Shown here: positions 1 through 11,365 of the stretch, one piece after another
How the letters are laid out: the number at the start of each line of letters is the position of its first letter
Numbering within the stretch: the first letter of the stretch is position 1
NCBI GenBank assembly: GCA_964016885.1
Contig: OZ024763.1
Location: 15,500,001 to 15,564,000, forward strand
Direction: 5' to 3'
Source of the DNA: Eledone cirrhosa
Taxonomy: Eukaryota
Length of the DNA stretch: 64,000 bases
The notes under the pieces: model-generated
Databases searched by the model: none
What the model saw: only the letters and a program-made list of their open reading frames with translations
What the model was told of the DNA's origin: nothing
Translations under genes and position numbers: made by a program

Positions 1-439
1 GGAAACTTTAAGTTATGTTCCAAACATCAGCTTAATAGGGAGAAAGTTACTTATATTAATAAATCTCTCCAAACTCCTAATTATTTTCAAAATTATCTAA
101 AAACCACAGGCAGTGTCTTTTATTAAAAATATGATTATGAAAGGGTTAAAGTGCTTATATTTATCTAAACACTTACCCAATAGCCAGGCAGACAGACAGA
201 CCGACCGATAGATATATAGATAGATTTCTTTATTTACCATAAAGGCATAAAAAGAAGGGACAAATACAAAGGGGGAGTTTACATGTAATCGAGTAAAAAG
301 GGTGTAACATGAAAATAATCGAAAATAACCTCAAAAGGGAGGGGACGTGATGGGGGTTGCACACACCCCCGAAAAAGTGTGCAATCCTTTGCCCGGGGAG
401 CACATGGAGAAGGTGCTCCCCTCTCCTTTACTTCTTTAC

Positions 440-3400
440 CTACAGGATGGTATACAGAGAAGGCCCATTTACACGAGCCATTCTCGCCACTATCACCCAC
501 CTTTCATAAAACTGCCTGTGGCCAAGCACCTCTCTCTCCATTCTTATCCTTCTTCCGAAGTGATATCGGAAGAAGTAGACCAGACTATGGCCAGAGAGGA
601 AGTTGCCTGACCTCAGACCTTTCAATCGTGTCCACCAAACAACCTCTTTCAACATGGCTATTACGCACAGAAAAACCGCCTTTGCTTCCTTTGTGAAGAG
701 GGGAGGCGGTTTGATTGTCATCACGGACTCGGCTGTCAATTTAATCGGCGCCACCCGCGACAGCAGTTGTTCGGCGTAGCCCCACAGATCAGCCACGCCC
801 GGACATTGCACCAATGCGTGCGCCACGGTTTCTTCGTGACGCACGCATCTAGGGCAAATCTTTTTTGAGGGATCCCTGCCCGGGCGCCCGTGTCTGTAGA
901 GCCTCTCTCGAACGGGTAGAGCCCCTCGGTAGCACTGCCAGGCCAGTGACTTCTGGAAGTTGTCCATTGGTCCTGGGCCGAAAGTCCTACCGAACAGGCT
1001 GGCCAGTTCGTCTTCCTCCATGTCCAGCGACTCTCCAAGGGTGTCATCGCCCCTGCTAGCCACCAGCCCTCTATAGAATGATGAGGTGGATTCTCCACCG
1101 ATGGCCCGGCCCGCTTGCCAGAGAGCCCTGAGCGCCTGAGCACACTCAGTGTGCCAGTCTCCCAGTTTTCCGGATCTTTGCTTGACCCAGGACTGTAGCT
1201 CGGTGAGTGAGACGAGTCTCGGAAAGGCTCGTTTCACGAACGGAGCCCACACCGGTTGACCAGTGAGGAATACCTGTAGGTGCCGTAGCCTTAATGCGTG
1301 CCTACGCATCATCAACCACGGCATCCCCAGCCCTCCTTTCGAAGGTTGTTGGCAGCAGATGGATCTTCTCACCATAGGAGGACGCTTCTTCCAAAGAAAT
1401 TGGAAGAGCATGCGTTCCATGGTGGTGAGTGTTTCCTTAGGGCAAGGCACGACAGTCAGGCGGTAGTAAGTGACGGACGCTATGTAAATGTTCGCCACCT
1501 CCGCCCGGCCTTTTAGGGACAGCTTACACTTGGCCCATTTCTGGGTTAGTGCAAACACCTTGTTCGTAACCTCGTTCCAGTTCTTTTCCACCTGGAGGTC
1601 CGGTCCAAACCAGACCCCAAGCAACTTTACCGGGCCCTCCGTCCAGTGTCCGACGACACCATCGGGAGGCATCGGTCTGCCTCTCCACGTTCCGAGCTGC
1701 AGCCCGATGGATTTTTCCCGGTTCAGTTTCGCTCCTGACAACCTTTCGTACTCCTCCAGTAAGGTACCGATCGCCTCGATCTCCGAGTCGGTTGATACCA
1801 TTACTGTTACGTCATCGGCGTAGGCCGACACCGCTTTGCTCAATCCTGGTTCCAGGGGGATACCCTGCAACAACTCCAACTTCCTCAGTAAAGGCTCGAG
1901 AGTCAATACGTAGAGAAGGGAGGAGAGAGGGCACCCCTGTCGAATGGATCGTGTGATTTCGAACGGCTTCGAAAGGTAGCCGTTCACCTTGATCCTAGAA
2001 CAGATGTGGTTGCTATGTAGGGCAGTGATCCAGCCTCTGAAAACAGGACCGAACCCAGCCGCCGCTAGCACCGCATCCAGGTAACCATGGTCGACCCTAT
2101 CGAAGGCCTTAGACTGATCCAAGTTGATCAGGGCCCCACCGAAGCCGGGTTTGTTGCCAACCCTCTCTATGATGTATCGCATGAGGTGGAGGTTATCGTG
2201 AATGGACCTGGATGGGATAGCACATGTCTGCGCATCTCCCACCAGGCCACCCACGACAAGCGCCAACCTCTTTGCTAACACCTTGGCCAAAATCTTTAAC
2301 TCTGTGTTTAGCAGGGTTATGGGCCGAAAATTATTTATACTATCCCCCTTGTTCTCGTCCTTCCTCACCAGCGTGACTACGCCCTTGGCTACAGAACAAG
2401 GAATTCTCCCGTTCTGCTGCCAATTGCAGTAGACCGCTTCGAGGAGTTCGGAGAAGAAGACCGGCATTGCTAAATAAAGTTCGTAAGGTATACCATCGAG
2501 ACCTGGAGATTTGCGTCTGCTGCATTGGCTCAGCGCATCTCCGATCTCATCAGCCGAGATTGGTCCCTCGCAGGACTCCGCCTCTTTGTTCGAGAGACGC
2601 GGCAGGCCGTCGAGGTATGGACCGAAATTCACGCCCCGGCCCGGACCCTCGCCTCCCCCGAACAATCGGGCAAAGTGCTTTTGAAAGGCCTCGCACATCT
2701 GCTTAGGCTCCCGGATCACTCGTCCATCTTCGTCTTGCAACGACCGGATGGTGGATCGATTTCCACTTTTAGCTTCTGTCACGCGGGCCCATCCAACGGC
2801 TTTGGCCCCCTCATTACCTAGAGCACGTATTTTACTTCGAATGACGCAGCCTTCATGCTTTGCATCGAAAAACTGGTTCAAGGCCGTCCTCGATGCCAGC
2901 ACTCTGGCCACATCTTCGCTCTTGATTGCCTCTTCTAATTTACCTGTTAATTCTTTCTCGTTTCTATTCCTATTGGCAGCTAACATCTTGCTATAGCTTA
3001 TTGATTCTGTTCTAATCTCTCTTTTGAGAGATGCCCACCATCGGTTGTTGACGATTGCACCCGTCAACCTCTCCTTAACTAATCTGCTAATCCGGTTTCT
3101 GTAAGTCTCTTTTGCCGGTAAAGACAAATTAAGTTTCCAGTAACCGGGACCCTGTCTATGTGTTTTCTCGAGATTGACCACGCAGGTCACTAATTTGTGA
3201 TCCGTGTAGCCAACCGTGCGCATTTCTGGACAGCTTAATATGTCCCTATCCTTACTTCTAACTAAGAATCTATCTAAGTACGATCTAGATTGACCACTGT
3301 GGTTTCTCCAAGTCCAGGTAGGCACAGTTGGAAAATCTAGTCGATATCTATCGACCAAGTTAAAACGGTCGAGTAACCCCTTGAGGCTGTTACACCCCCC

Positions 3401-3877
3401 TCTATTAGGACATGCTCCTGCATAGTCCCAACGTGCATCTAGGATGTCATTCCAATCCCCCGCTAGAAGCAGGGAACGCGACGTTCCCAGAAAAGTCTCC
3501 AAACGCTGGAAGAAGTCGGGCCGTTCAGCTCCGAAAGGGGAGTAGACGGCGACCAGTCTCAAGGCCGCACTTTCACTACTGCCAACGTCTAGCACCAACA
3601 AACGACCCTCCGGGTCCGAGTGCACAACCTGTACGGCAAGACCCAGGTGTTTTTGCAGCAGCACGACAACCCCACCCCCGCCTCCAGGTTGACAGAGAGA
3701 TGCATGCACCTCAAAGTCATCGAAGGTGGGGGCCAGCTGCCGCATGACGCTGATTCGAGTCTCACAGATAACCATTACATTTATACTACATGACCTGAGG
3801 TCATTTAGAAGCTTTGCTTGCTTCCAAGTTGAGCCCAGGCCACGTGCATTCAAACATCCTACTCTTAACACATCCAT
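440..3877 (-). CDS. ORF2: APE endonuclease + reverse transcriptase + C-terminal zinc finger (Tx1-like), 1145 aa, uninterrupted
   Basis: APE motifs LNARGL, CET, GDWN, YLDRF, TDH. Tx1-typical GPGYWKLN. RT motifs KSPGLDG, FRPITLLN, LDQSKAFDRV, RQGCPLS, YADD. Zinc finger CPRC..ETVAHALVQC. Confidence 0.96.
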   Translation of the reverse strand: MDVLRVGCLNARGLGSTWKQAKLLNDLRSCSINVMVICETRISVMRQLAPTFDDFEVHASLCQPGGGGGVVVLLQKHLGLAVQVVHSDPEGRLLVLDVGSSESAALRLVAVYSPFGAERPDFFQRLETFLGTSRSLLLAGDWNDILDARWDYAGACPNRGGCNSLKGLLDRFNLVDRYRLDFPTVPTWTWRNHSGQSRSYLDRFLVRSKDRDILSCPEMRTVGYTDHKLVTCVVNLEKTHRQGPGYWKLNLSLPAKETYRNRISRLVKERLTGAIVNNRWWASLKREIRTESISYSKMLAANRNRNEKELTGKLEEAIKSEDVARVLASRTALNQFFDAKHEGCVIRSKIRALGNEGAKAVGWARVTEAKSGNRSTIRSLQDEDGRVIREPKQMCEAFQKHFARLFGGGEGPGRGVNFGPYLDGLPRLSNKEAESCEGPISADEIGDALSQCSRRKSPGLDGIPYELYLAMPVFFSELLEAVYCNWQQNGRIPCSVAKGVVTLVRKDENKGDSINNFRPITLLNTELKILAKVLAKRLALVVGGLVGDAQTCAIPSRSIHDNLHLMRYIIERVGNKPGFGGALINLDQSKAFDRVDHGYLDAVLAAAGFGPVFRGWITALHSNHICSRIKVNGYLSKPFEITRSIRQGCPLSSLLYVLTLEPLLRKLELLQGIPLEPGLSKAVSAYADDVTVMVSTDSEIEAIGTLLEEYERLSGAKLNREKSIGLQLGTWRGRPMPPDGVVGHWTEGPVKLLGVWFGPDLQVEKNWNEVTNKVFALTQKWAKCKLSLKGRAEVANIYIASVTYYRLTVVPCPKETLTTMERMLFQFLWKKRPPMVRRSICCQQPSKGGLGMPWLMMRRHALRLRHLQVFLTGQPVWAPFVKRAFPRLVSLTELQSWVKQRSGKLGDWHTECAQALRALWQAGRAIGGESTSSFYRGLVASRGDDTLGESLDMEEDELASLFGRTFGPGPMDNFQKSLAWQCYRGALPVRERLYRHGRPGRDPSKKICPRCVRHEETVAHALVQCPGVADLWGYAEQLLSRVAPIKLTAESVMTIKPPPLFTKEAKAVFLCVIAMLKEVVWWTRLKGLRSGNFLSGHSLVYFFRYHFGRRIRMEREVLGHRQFYERWVIVARMARVNGPSLYTIL

Positions 3878-3910
3878 GTGGGCGGCAGAGCCAAAGGAGA
3901 GTGTAGAGAC

Positions 3911-5791
3911 CTACCTTTCCGCTTCCCGGGGTTCGGGTTGCACGACTTCCATGGGGTCGGGGGTGTTGGGTGAAGGGGTGTCTTGTGGTGGTGTGGGGTC
4001 GTCGGTGTGTGGTGGGGTTGGGGTGTTTGGAGTTGTGTTGGGGAGGGGAAGGGGAGGGGGAAAGCTTTTTAGTAGGACGCGGTTTATGGGTTTGACAGAG
4101 GGTGGTCCTACGTCCTCCTTAAAATCCTTTTTTAGTTTTTGGTAGAGGTTCATTGGGATTTTTATTAGTTTTAAATGTGGGTGGTTTTCTGATGAAACAA
4201 AGTTTACACCTTCGGTTTGTACCGAAGGATTATTGTATATGAGTTCATTTAATTTATTATTGTTTCTGTTGATGTAAGTATAGTGTAATGTCTTTTTTTC
4301 CGATGGTGTGAGTGTTTCGAAGAGGGGAGGGGCAGGTTTGGTTTTGTTTGTTGCTGGAGGGGTGTTTTCTGTTTTGTTAGATTGTGTTGCGATTTGGGTG
4401 GGGGTTGTTTGTCCTTGTGTGTTTTGCACATGTTTTCTTTTTTTCCTTTTAATCTGTCTGAAGGACTCCGTTTCTTCCTCCGAATTCGTTGGGTTATCTT
4501 CAGTGTTGGAGGGAAGAGGTATGTTTGCTGGTAATGTTTCCGTGTTGGTTTTCTTTGTGGGGGAGATGGATGTCACTATGTTAGACTGTGTTGTGTGTTG
4601 TGTCTGCGGTGGTTGTGTTGTTTTATTGAGTGAGAGGTTGGGTGGGCCTGTATTTTGTTTTGGGGTAATGTGTTGTGACTGTTTGTGTTGTGGTGGTGTT
4701 GTGGTGTTACTGAGGGACGGGTTGGGTGGGACTGAGTTTTGTTGTTTGTTTATCTGTTGTGGTGGTGGTGGTGGAGCTGGTGTTGGTAGCAGGGTTTTCT
4801 TTTTGTTGAGTTGGGGACAAGCGGCCTTCAGGTGCCCTCTGCCTGCACAGATATGGCAGGACGGCCTTCTCCCCTCCACGCTAATGTTTATATACCCGTG
4901 GTCCTCTAATAGGATTCTGTCGGGTATTTGGGCGATGCGTTCAGGCTTCATTTGTACTACCAGCTCTATACCTGTTCCACTGAACGCATTGCCTGTGGTT
5001 TTCCCAATGGAAATCACGTTGTCATTCACTGGATCGATGAAGCCAGCTATGAGCCAGCAGTAGTCCACATCTGGCATCATTGCATCCAGCCATATGCGTT
5101 GAGTTTTTTTCCCCATATAAGATGGATAAAAGGTGAAATTTTTCGAACGAATCGGTGACAAAGCACATTTTTTTGCCGCCGATTCGTTCTTCATGATAAT
5201 TGCTAGGCTTCCATACAGTCTGTCTTTTCTTATGAAAGTTGTTTCATTCAGTACTTCTGCGAGTACTGTTTTGATATCTGCTTGAGAAGGCTGTTCAGGT
5301 TTTTTTGTACTGTTGTTGATGGTCCGAAACTTGACCGTTCGGCTTTCAATGTCTTTCGTGAATTCTTGAGGCATTTTTACCAATAAAATACCATTCTCAC
5401 CTTCACTTATGTATTGTTTTGCGTCCGTGATCCTTCGTACCACATCTGAAATGTTTTCCGCTATATAAGTCAAAGATTTCTTTGTTTTCTGTGCAAAAGA
5501 AATCTTGTCGTCTGCTTTGTTTTCTGATATTATGTTATTTTCAACTGTTATTTTTTTGTTTGTTGTGTCTTTGTTTGTGTTATTAGTATTGTCATGCAAT
5601 TTTTCAAATTTTTTTTTTTCGTTGTTTTCGTCATTTAATTTTTTTTCCTCCGCAGATTCGTCCGTTTTTATTTTCATTTTTCCTTCCTTCTCTATGACGT
5701 TAGTTGGGAAGGAAGGGCGGACTAAAGCGTGCGAGCTTACAACTCTTACCGCTGTCCCCCCACCACTATTTTCGTTCGCTGCGTTTAACAT
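3911..5791 (-). CDS. ORF1 nucleic-acid-binding protein with CCHC zinc knuckle, 626 aa
   Basis: CHICAGRGHLKAAC knuckle, Pro/Thr/Gln-rich C-terminal half and basic KRKKRK. Lies directly upstream of ORF2. Confidence 0.9.
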   Translation of the reverse strand: MLNAANENSGGGTAVRVVSSHALVRPSFPTNVIEKEGKMKIKTDESAEEKKLNDENNEKKKFEKLHDNTNNTNKDTTNKKITVENNIISENKADDKISFAQKTKKSLTYIAENISDVVRRITDAKQYISEGENGILLVKMPQEFTKDIESRTVKFRTINNSTKKPEQPSQADIKTVLAEVLNETTFIRKDRLYGSLAIIMKNESAAKKCALSPIRSKNFTFYPSYMGKKTQRIWLDAMMPDVDYCWLIAGFIDPVNDNVISIGKTTGNAFSGTGIELVVQMKPERIAQIPDRILLEDHGYINISVEGRRPSCHICAGRGHLKAACPQLNKKKTLLPTPAPPPPPQQINKQQNSVPPNPSLSNTTTPPQHKQSQHITPKQNTGPPNLSLNKTTQPPQTQHTTQSNIVTSISPTKKTNTETLPANIPLPSNTEDNPTNSEEETESFRQIKRKKRKHVQNTQGQTTPTQIATQSNKTENTPPATNKTKPAPPLFETLTPSEKKTLHYTYINRNNNKLNELIYNNPSVQTEGVNFVSSENHPHLKLIKIPMNLYQKLKKDFKEDVGPPSVKPINRVLLKSFPPPLPLPNTTPNTPTPPHTDDPTPPQDTPSPNTPDPMEVVQPEPREAER

Positions 5792-6015
5792 TTCTGTTAG
5801 ACGATTGAAATTTTTTACACAAAATTTTTTAAAACAGGTTTTTCACCTCTAGGAGGGGTAAAGATGAGCTGACCCACCGCCTGACAGTTCAGACGGAGGG
5901 TCAAGCTACACAATTGTATCAAAATTAAGTTTGAACTCACAAAATTTCCTCAATAAATTTGAACAAAACTTCTGTGCGAAGTGAATGACATCCACACTGT
6001 AGAACAGACGACAGC

Positions 6016-6090
6016 TAGATCAATAGATATATAGATAGATAGACAGGCAGATAAATAGATAGATAGATAGATAGATAGACAGACAGATAA

Positions 6091-6147
<57 letters not shown>

Positions 6148-6167
6148 CAGACAGATAAATAGATATA
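6016..6167. repeat. (GATA)n/(GACA)n microsatellite, target tract between Tx1 copies (also 188-225, 7737-7750, 8024-8036, 8389-8447)
   Basis: Direct reading of the sequence. Confidence 0.95.
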
Positions 6168-7736
6168 TTTCTTTATTAGCCACAGGGGCACAAAAGAAGG
6201 GGACAAATACAAAGGGGGAAGTTTACATACAATAAAAACGTGTAAAATGTTATCACAGATGGAATTTAAAAGTTAGTCGATTTTCCCCAATAGAGGGAGA
6301 CAGTTTATATGGGTAACACAGACCCCCGAAAAAAATGTGCAACCCTCATCTCCAGGAGTACGAAGAGCTTGTACTCCTTTCCTCTCCTCCTCCTTTTCCT
6401 CAACCTACAGGCTGATATAGAGAGAAGGCCCATTCACTCGGGCCATTCTCGCCACTTTCACCCACCTTTCATAAAACTTGCTGGGGTACAGCACCTCTCT
6501 CTCCATCCTGATTCTTCTTCCAAAGTGGTATTTGAAAAAAAGAATCAGTTGTTGGCCGGAGAGAAAGGTGTCTGACCTCAGCCCTTTCAACCTTGTCCAC
6601 CATACAACCTCTTTCGCCATAGCTATCACACAAAGGAAAACCGCCTCTCCTTCGTTTTTGAAGGAGGGTGGCGGTTTGATCATGACAATGGACTCGGTGG
6701 TCAACTGGATTGGTCCCACCCGCGACAATAGTCGTTCTACATAGCCCCACAGGTCAGTGACGCCCGGGCAGTGAATGAATGCGTGCGCGACGGTTTCTTC
6801 GTCTCGCACGCACCTCGGACAGATCTTTTTTGCAGGGTCCCTGCCCGGGCGCCCATGTCTGTAGAGCTTGTCTCGAACTGGTAGAGCTCCTCGGTAGCAC
6901 TGCCAGGCCAGGGACTTTTGGAAGTTGTCCATCGGTCCCGGGCGGAAGGTCCTACCGAACAGACTGGCCAGTTCATCTTCCTCCACGCCTAGAGTTTCAC
7001 CGAGCGCGTCGTCGCACTTGCTGCGGACCAACCCTCTATAGAATGACGAAGTGGAGTCTCCACTGATCGCTGGGTCCGCCTGCCAGAGGGCTGTGAGCGC
7101 CTGAGCACATTCGATGTGCCAGTCGCCCATTTTCCTCGGTCTCTGCTTGACCCAGGACTGCAGCTCGGTCAGCGAGACGAGTCGTGGGAAGGCTCGCCTC
7201 ACGAACGGGGCCCACACCGGTTGTCCGGTGAGGAATACGTAGAGATGCCGCAGCCTGAGCGCGTGTTTGCGCATCGTCAACCACGGCATCCCCAGCCCTC
7301 CGTTAGAAGGGTGTTGGCAGCAGATGGATCTTCTTACCAAAGGAGCCCGCCTCTTCCAAAGGAATCGGAAGAGGGCGCGCTCCATTTTGGCGAGCGTTTT
7401 GGCTGGACAAGGCACGACGGTCAAGCGGTAGTAGATGGCGGACGCTATAAAAGTGTTCGCCACCTCCGCTCGACCTTTCAAGGATAGTTTGCACTCGGCC
7501 CACTTCTGGGTGAGTGCAAACACCTTGGCCGTCACCTCGTTCCAGTTCTTCTCCACCTGGAGGTCCGGACCAAACCAGACCCCGAGCAGCTTTACCGGTC
7601 CTTCCGTCCAGCGTCCGACGACGCCATCGGAAGGCATCGGTCTGCCTCTCCACGATCCGAGTTGCAAACCGATGGACTTGTCCCGGTTCAGCTTCGCTCC
7701 TGTGAGACTTTCGTATTCCTTTAGTAAGGTGCCGAC
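6168..7736 (-). mobile_element. 5'-truncated Tx1-like copy 2 (ORF2 C-terminal 420+ aa still open)
   Basis: ORF 6405-7667 aligns with the C-terminus of ORF2 440-3877. Same type of 3' end, and the 5' junction runs into TAGATAGA. Confidence 0.93.
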
Positions 7737-7752
7737 TAGATAGATAGATATG

Positions 7753-8023
7753 TTTCTTTATTAGCCACAGGGGCACAAAAGAAGGGGACAAATACAAAGG
7801 GGGAAGTTTACATACAATAAACACGTGTAAAATATTATCACAAATGCAATTTAAAAATTAGTCGATTTTCCCCAATAGGGGGAGACATTTCATATAGGTA
7901 ACACATACCCCCGAAAAAATGTACAACCCTCATCTCCAGGAGTACGAAGAGTTTGTACCCCTTTCCTCTCCTCCTCTCTTCCTCAACCTACAGGCTGATA
8001 TAGAGAGAAGGCCCATTCACTCG
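7753..8023 (-). mobile_element. 5'-truncated Tx1-like copy 3 (3' UTR + last codons), same subfamily as copy 2
   Basis: Near-identical to 6168-6440 and flanked by TAGA repeats. Confidence 0.92.
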
Positions 8024-8036
8024 TAGATAGATAGAT

Positions 8037-8388
8037 TTTTATTTATTGCCACTAGGGCGCAAAAGAAGGGGACAAATACAAGGGGGAGTTTACACAAAAA
8101 GGCGAGTAAAAAAAACAAATAACAAATATAAAATTAACAATAAAGTTCTCAATAGGGAGGAGGCGTTTGGGGGGTCACACACACCCCCGAAAAAAGTGTG
8201 CAACCTCTTCTCCTCAGGAGCAGAGAGAGGGTGCTCCCTCGTTCCTTCCTCTTTTCCACCTACAGGCTGATGTAGAGAGGAGGCCCATTCACACGGGCCA
8301 TTCTCGCTTCTTTCACCCACCTTTCATAAAAACGACTGGGGTTGAGCATCTCTCTCTCCATCCTGATCCTTCTTCCGAAATGGTATCG
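8037..8388 (-). mobile_element. 5'-truncated Tx1-like copy 4 (third subfamily)
   Basis: Homologous to the ORF2 end and 3' UTR but with a distinct UTR middle. Flanked by TAGA repeats. Confidence 0.9.
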
Positions 8389-8888
8389 TAGATAGATAGA
8401 CAGACAGATAAATAGATAGATAGAAGAGAGACAGACAGACAGATAGAAGTACCCATTATAAACATCATTATAGAAACTATTTAACTTCAGGCCAACCCTG
8501 AATGAGCAGACCTATTTCAAAGAGAATCCAGCTGTGATCATTCCGACTTCATATCAATGAATTTGACTGCTATTTCTAGCAGGTCGAACGGCCGCGCAGT
8601 GTAAACCGTGTTGGCTTGAACCAGACATCAACAGACGAGGTGAGATAATCAAATAATGATTATCTCCCCTTGACTTCTAGGAAACCAAAATTTGAATTTG
8701 ATTACTCTCGGGTCTCAAATAATAGGGGGCGAAGGAAATACGCGAGGGGAGGATTGGATATTTGTTTAAATTCTTATAAGAGGGGTGGGGTGGGGTGGGG
8801 GCTGGAATAAATGGGGAGGGATCAGTAATTGTATAGTGTGCGTTCGTAAATATGTGATTTCTTGTAATGTTCTTTTTTTTATTATATA

Positions 8889-9075
8889 TAATTGTTTCTA
8901 CTTTTGGCACAAGGCGAGCGATTACCCAGTGCATTACTGGTACTTTATTTTATCGACCCCGTAAGGATGAAAGGCAAAGTTAACCTCAGCGGAATTTGAA
9001 CTCAGAACGTAAAGGGCCATAACTCCATGCTGCAAAGCATTGGCGTCCGATGCTGTACCGATACTGCCAATCCAC
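8889..9075 (-). mobile_element. tRNA-derived SINE with Nin-like central domain (family S1)
   Basis: B-box GAGTTCAAATTCC and core TTTGCCTTTCATCCTTACGGGGTCGATAAAATAAAGTACCAG. At least 7 copies in the window. Confidence 0.8.
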
Positions 9076-9092
9076 TGCACTTGATTTTTTTA

Positions 9093-9320
9093 AATAATAA
9101 TAATAATAATAATAATGAAATTATTGTGTACAGTACTCAGGTGCACTACAACTCATCAAAGGTGCATGTATAGTATAGTACATAGAATAATGTACAAATG
9201 TCAGGGAAGTGAATAGTGTATGAGTCACGATATACATGTGTGCGTGTGCATGGAGGGGGAATATTAGGTGTAGTGTTGGCGAATCTCAGGAAGCATGGAG
9301 GTTTTAAAGGTTGCATTGTC
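9093..9320 (-). mobile_element. 3' end of a CR1/L2-like LINE with (TTA)n tail
   Basis: Minus-strand coding remnant ...FKTSMLPEIRQHYT* followed by a short UTR and a simple-repeat tail. Confidence 0.5.
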
Positions 9321-9694
9321 ATATATAATGCTTTTTTAAATGTAAAATAAAATTATTAGATTCTCCAGCTGCTGTATCAATATAAATCACTTGCTGTATC
9401 AATATAAATCACTTGCTGTATCAATATGAATTTTGCCAGACACTGATTACCAAATGTAATAAATGGGGGAGGGAGGTTATTCAAAACCCGAGAGTACATA
9501 ATGTAGATAGGCACCCAATTGATAAAATGGTGGTTAGAACGTCAGACTGGAATGCCTTGTGGTGTTTGTTCTGGCTTCATACGTTTTGAGTTCAAATCCT
9601 ACTGAGGTTAGATTCTTGTTTATCTTCAAAATTATCTGAAAATCACGGACAGTGTCTTTGTATAGGGTGAGGGTACACAGGTATAAAATAAAAT

Positions 9695-9955
9695 CTGTCT
9701 CAAGCCTGGGGGCTGATCAGGTTGGTGCTTATCCTGGTTTACATGGCGTGAAGTGACTGAGAGTACAAGACTTCCTCTGGACAGGAAGCCAGTCCATCGC
9801 AGGATCAAACCCCTAGCTATAGCTGGTACTCATTTTCAGCTGAGTATATTGGAGCAATGTGAAATGAAGTGTTTTGCTCAAGAACACAACATACAACCAA
9901 GACCAGGAATCGAACCTACGACATTATGATCATAAGTCCAACACCCTCACCACTA
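9695..9955 (-). mobile_element. Old tRNA-derived SINE (core related to family S2)
   Basis: B-box GGTTCGATTCC on the minus strand. Core TTGAGCAAAACACTTCATTTCACATTGCTCCA matches S2. Confidence 0.65.
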
Positions 9956-9959
9956 ATTA

Positions 9960-11294
9960 AGAGGTGGTGTCTGCCTCTTCTATGGGTCCTAACCACTGAG
10001 ATATCTCTGCATTTCATTATACAGCTGTCATAAACCAAACACATCACATGTCCATACCAACACAGTCTTCTCTCTTGCACACTACATCCAATTCCTCTTA
10101 TACCAAGCTTTCCTAAGTTCACTTATGCTATGCCGTTCATGAACACTAACATTATACATTCATCAGAATTTACTCACTTCATTTCTTTCCAGCCTCTGCA
10201 GGTCTTCTGTGGTCAAGGCAAATGTTTCACTGATTTGTAGAGTTGCAGTTTGCATCCTGTCATCATACTGTCCTGCTTTCACTCTGAAAGAGAAGCCCTT
10301 TGTGGTCAGCTGAGGTAAGAGTTCTCTAACCTTCTTCCAGCCTGTTCTTATCCTAGTTATCACAATTTCAGAGTATCCTCCCCAACAGCTCATTTGGTCA
10401 CCTAGGTAACAATGGTAGACAACAGATTCTAAGGAGCCTCCCTATTTCACATGTGCTCTTAAAGCTTACTCCTCCTGTGCATCTACTGCATACAAAATTT
10501 ATCGTTTTCTGTTAGACTGCCTGCAACCCCACTACATCTCTTGTGCATCCATAAATTACACTGTGTACACCTTATGGAATTTCATCACACCCCTTTTCAA
10601 CATATTGAACAGGACCACTTCCCTCACAGTATCAGCTTCTTGTCCTCTTTCCTACTTATTAAGATTTTTGTTACTGTTGGGCCTTTCAACTCTAGGTTCA
10701 TCTTCCATGTTTCAAATTTTACCTTTAACTCTTCTACAGATTCAGTTTTAGGGACTTGATTATCAGCATACAGAAGTTCTCATGAAGTACTAGCTTTAAA
10801 TTCCCCAGTAATGACCTGAAGGACAATGATAAACAGAAGTGGACTGAAGACTGAGCCCTACTGGACCTGCACTTACACTTCAAATTCCTCACTGTACTCA
10901 TTGCCGAATCCTATCTTGCAGGTTGCTCCTTTATACATGGCTTGCATGGGCCTCATGAGCTATTTGTCTGCACCTAGCTTCCTAAGTGTCTACTAGATTA
11001 CAGAGCAGAGGGGACTCTGTCATAAACATTCTCCGGATCCACAAATGCCAGGCAGGCACAGTGGCTTTCCCCTGCAGTTGCATCACATGAAAGAGGGCAC
11101 CAGTAGTACCCATAGCTGGCATAAAGCCAAACTACATCTCATCTAACTTGATTCTGTCCCTAATTAGTTTTTCTACCATTCATGTTTCGGTACCATTCAT
11201 GTTTCGGTACCATTCATGACCTGATTCATCAAATTGATGCCTCAATAGTTATCTCTCTCTTGTGCATCTCTTTTGCCTAGTTACTTCTCTCCCT

Positions 11295-11365
<71 letters not shown>

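Larger units (their letters stand above)
226..6015 (-). mobile_element. Full-length Tx1/L1-clade non-LTR retrotransposon inserted in (GATA)n
   Basis: About 220-nt 5' UTR, ORF1, 33-nt spacer, ORF2 and about 210-nt 3' UTR ending ...AATAAAGAA. Both ends abut TAGA repeats. Confidence 0.93.

Noticed and set aside
736-5852. Many short ORFs overlapping the Tx1 ORFs
   Set aside because: They are antisense or alternate-frame shadows of GC-rich coding sequence.
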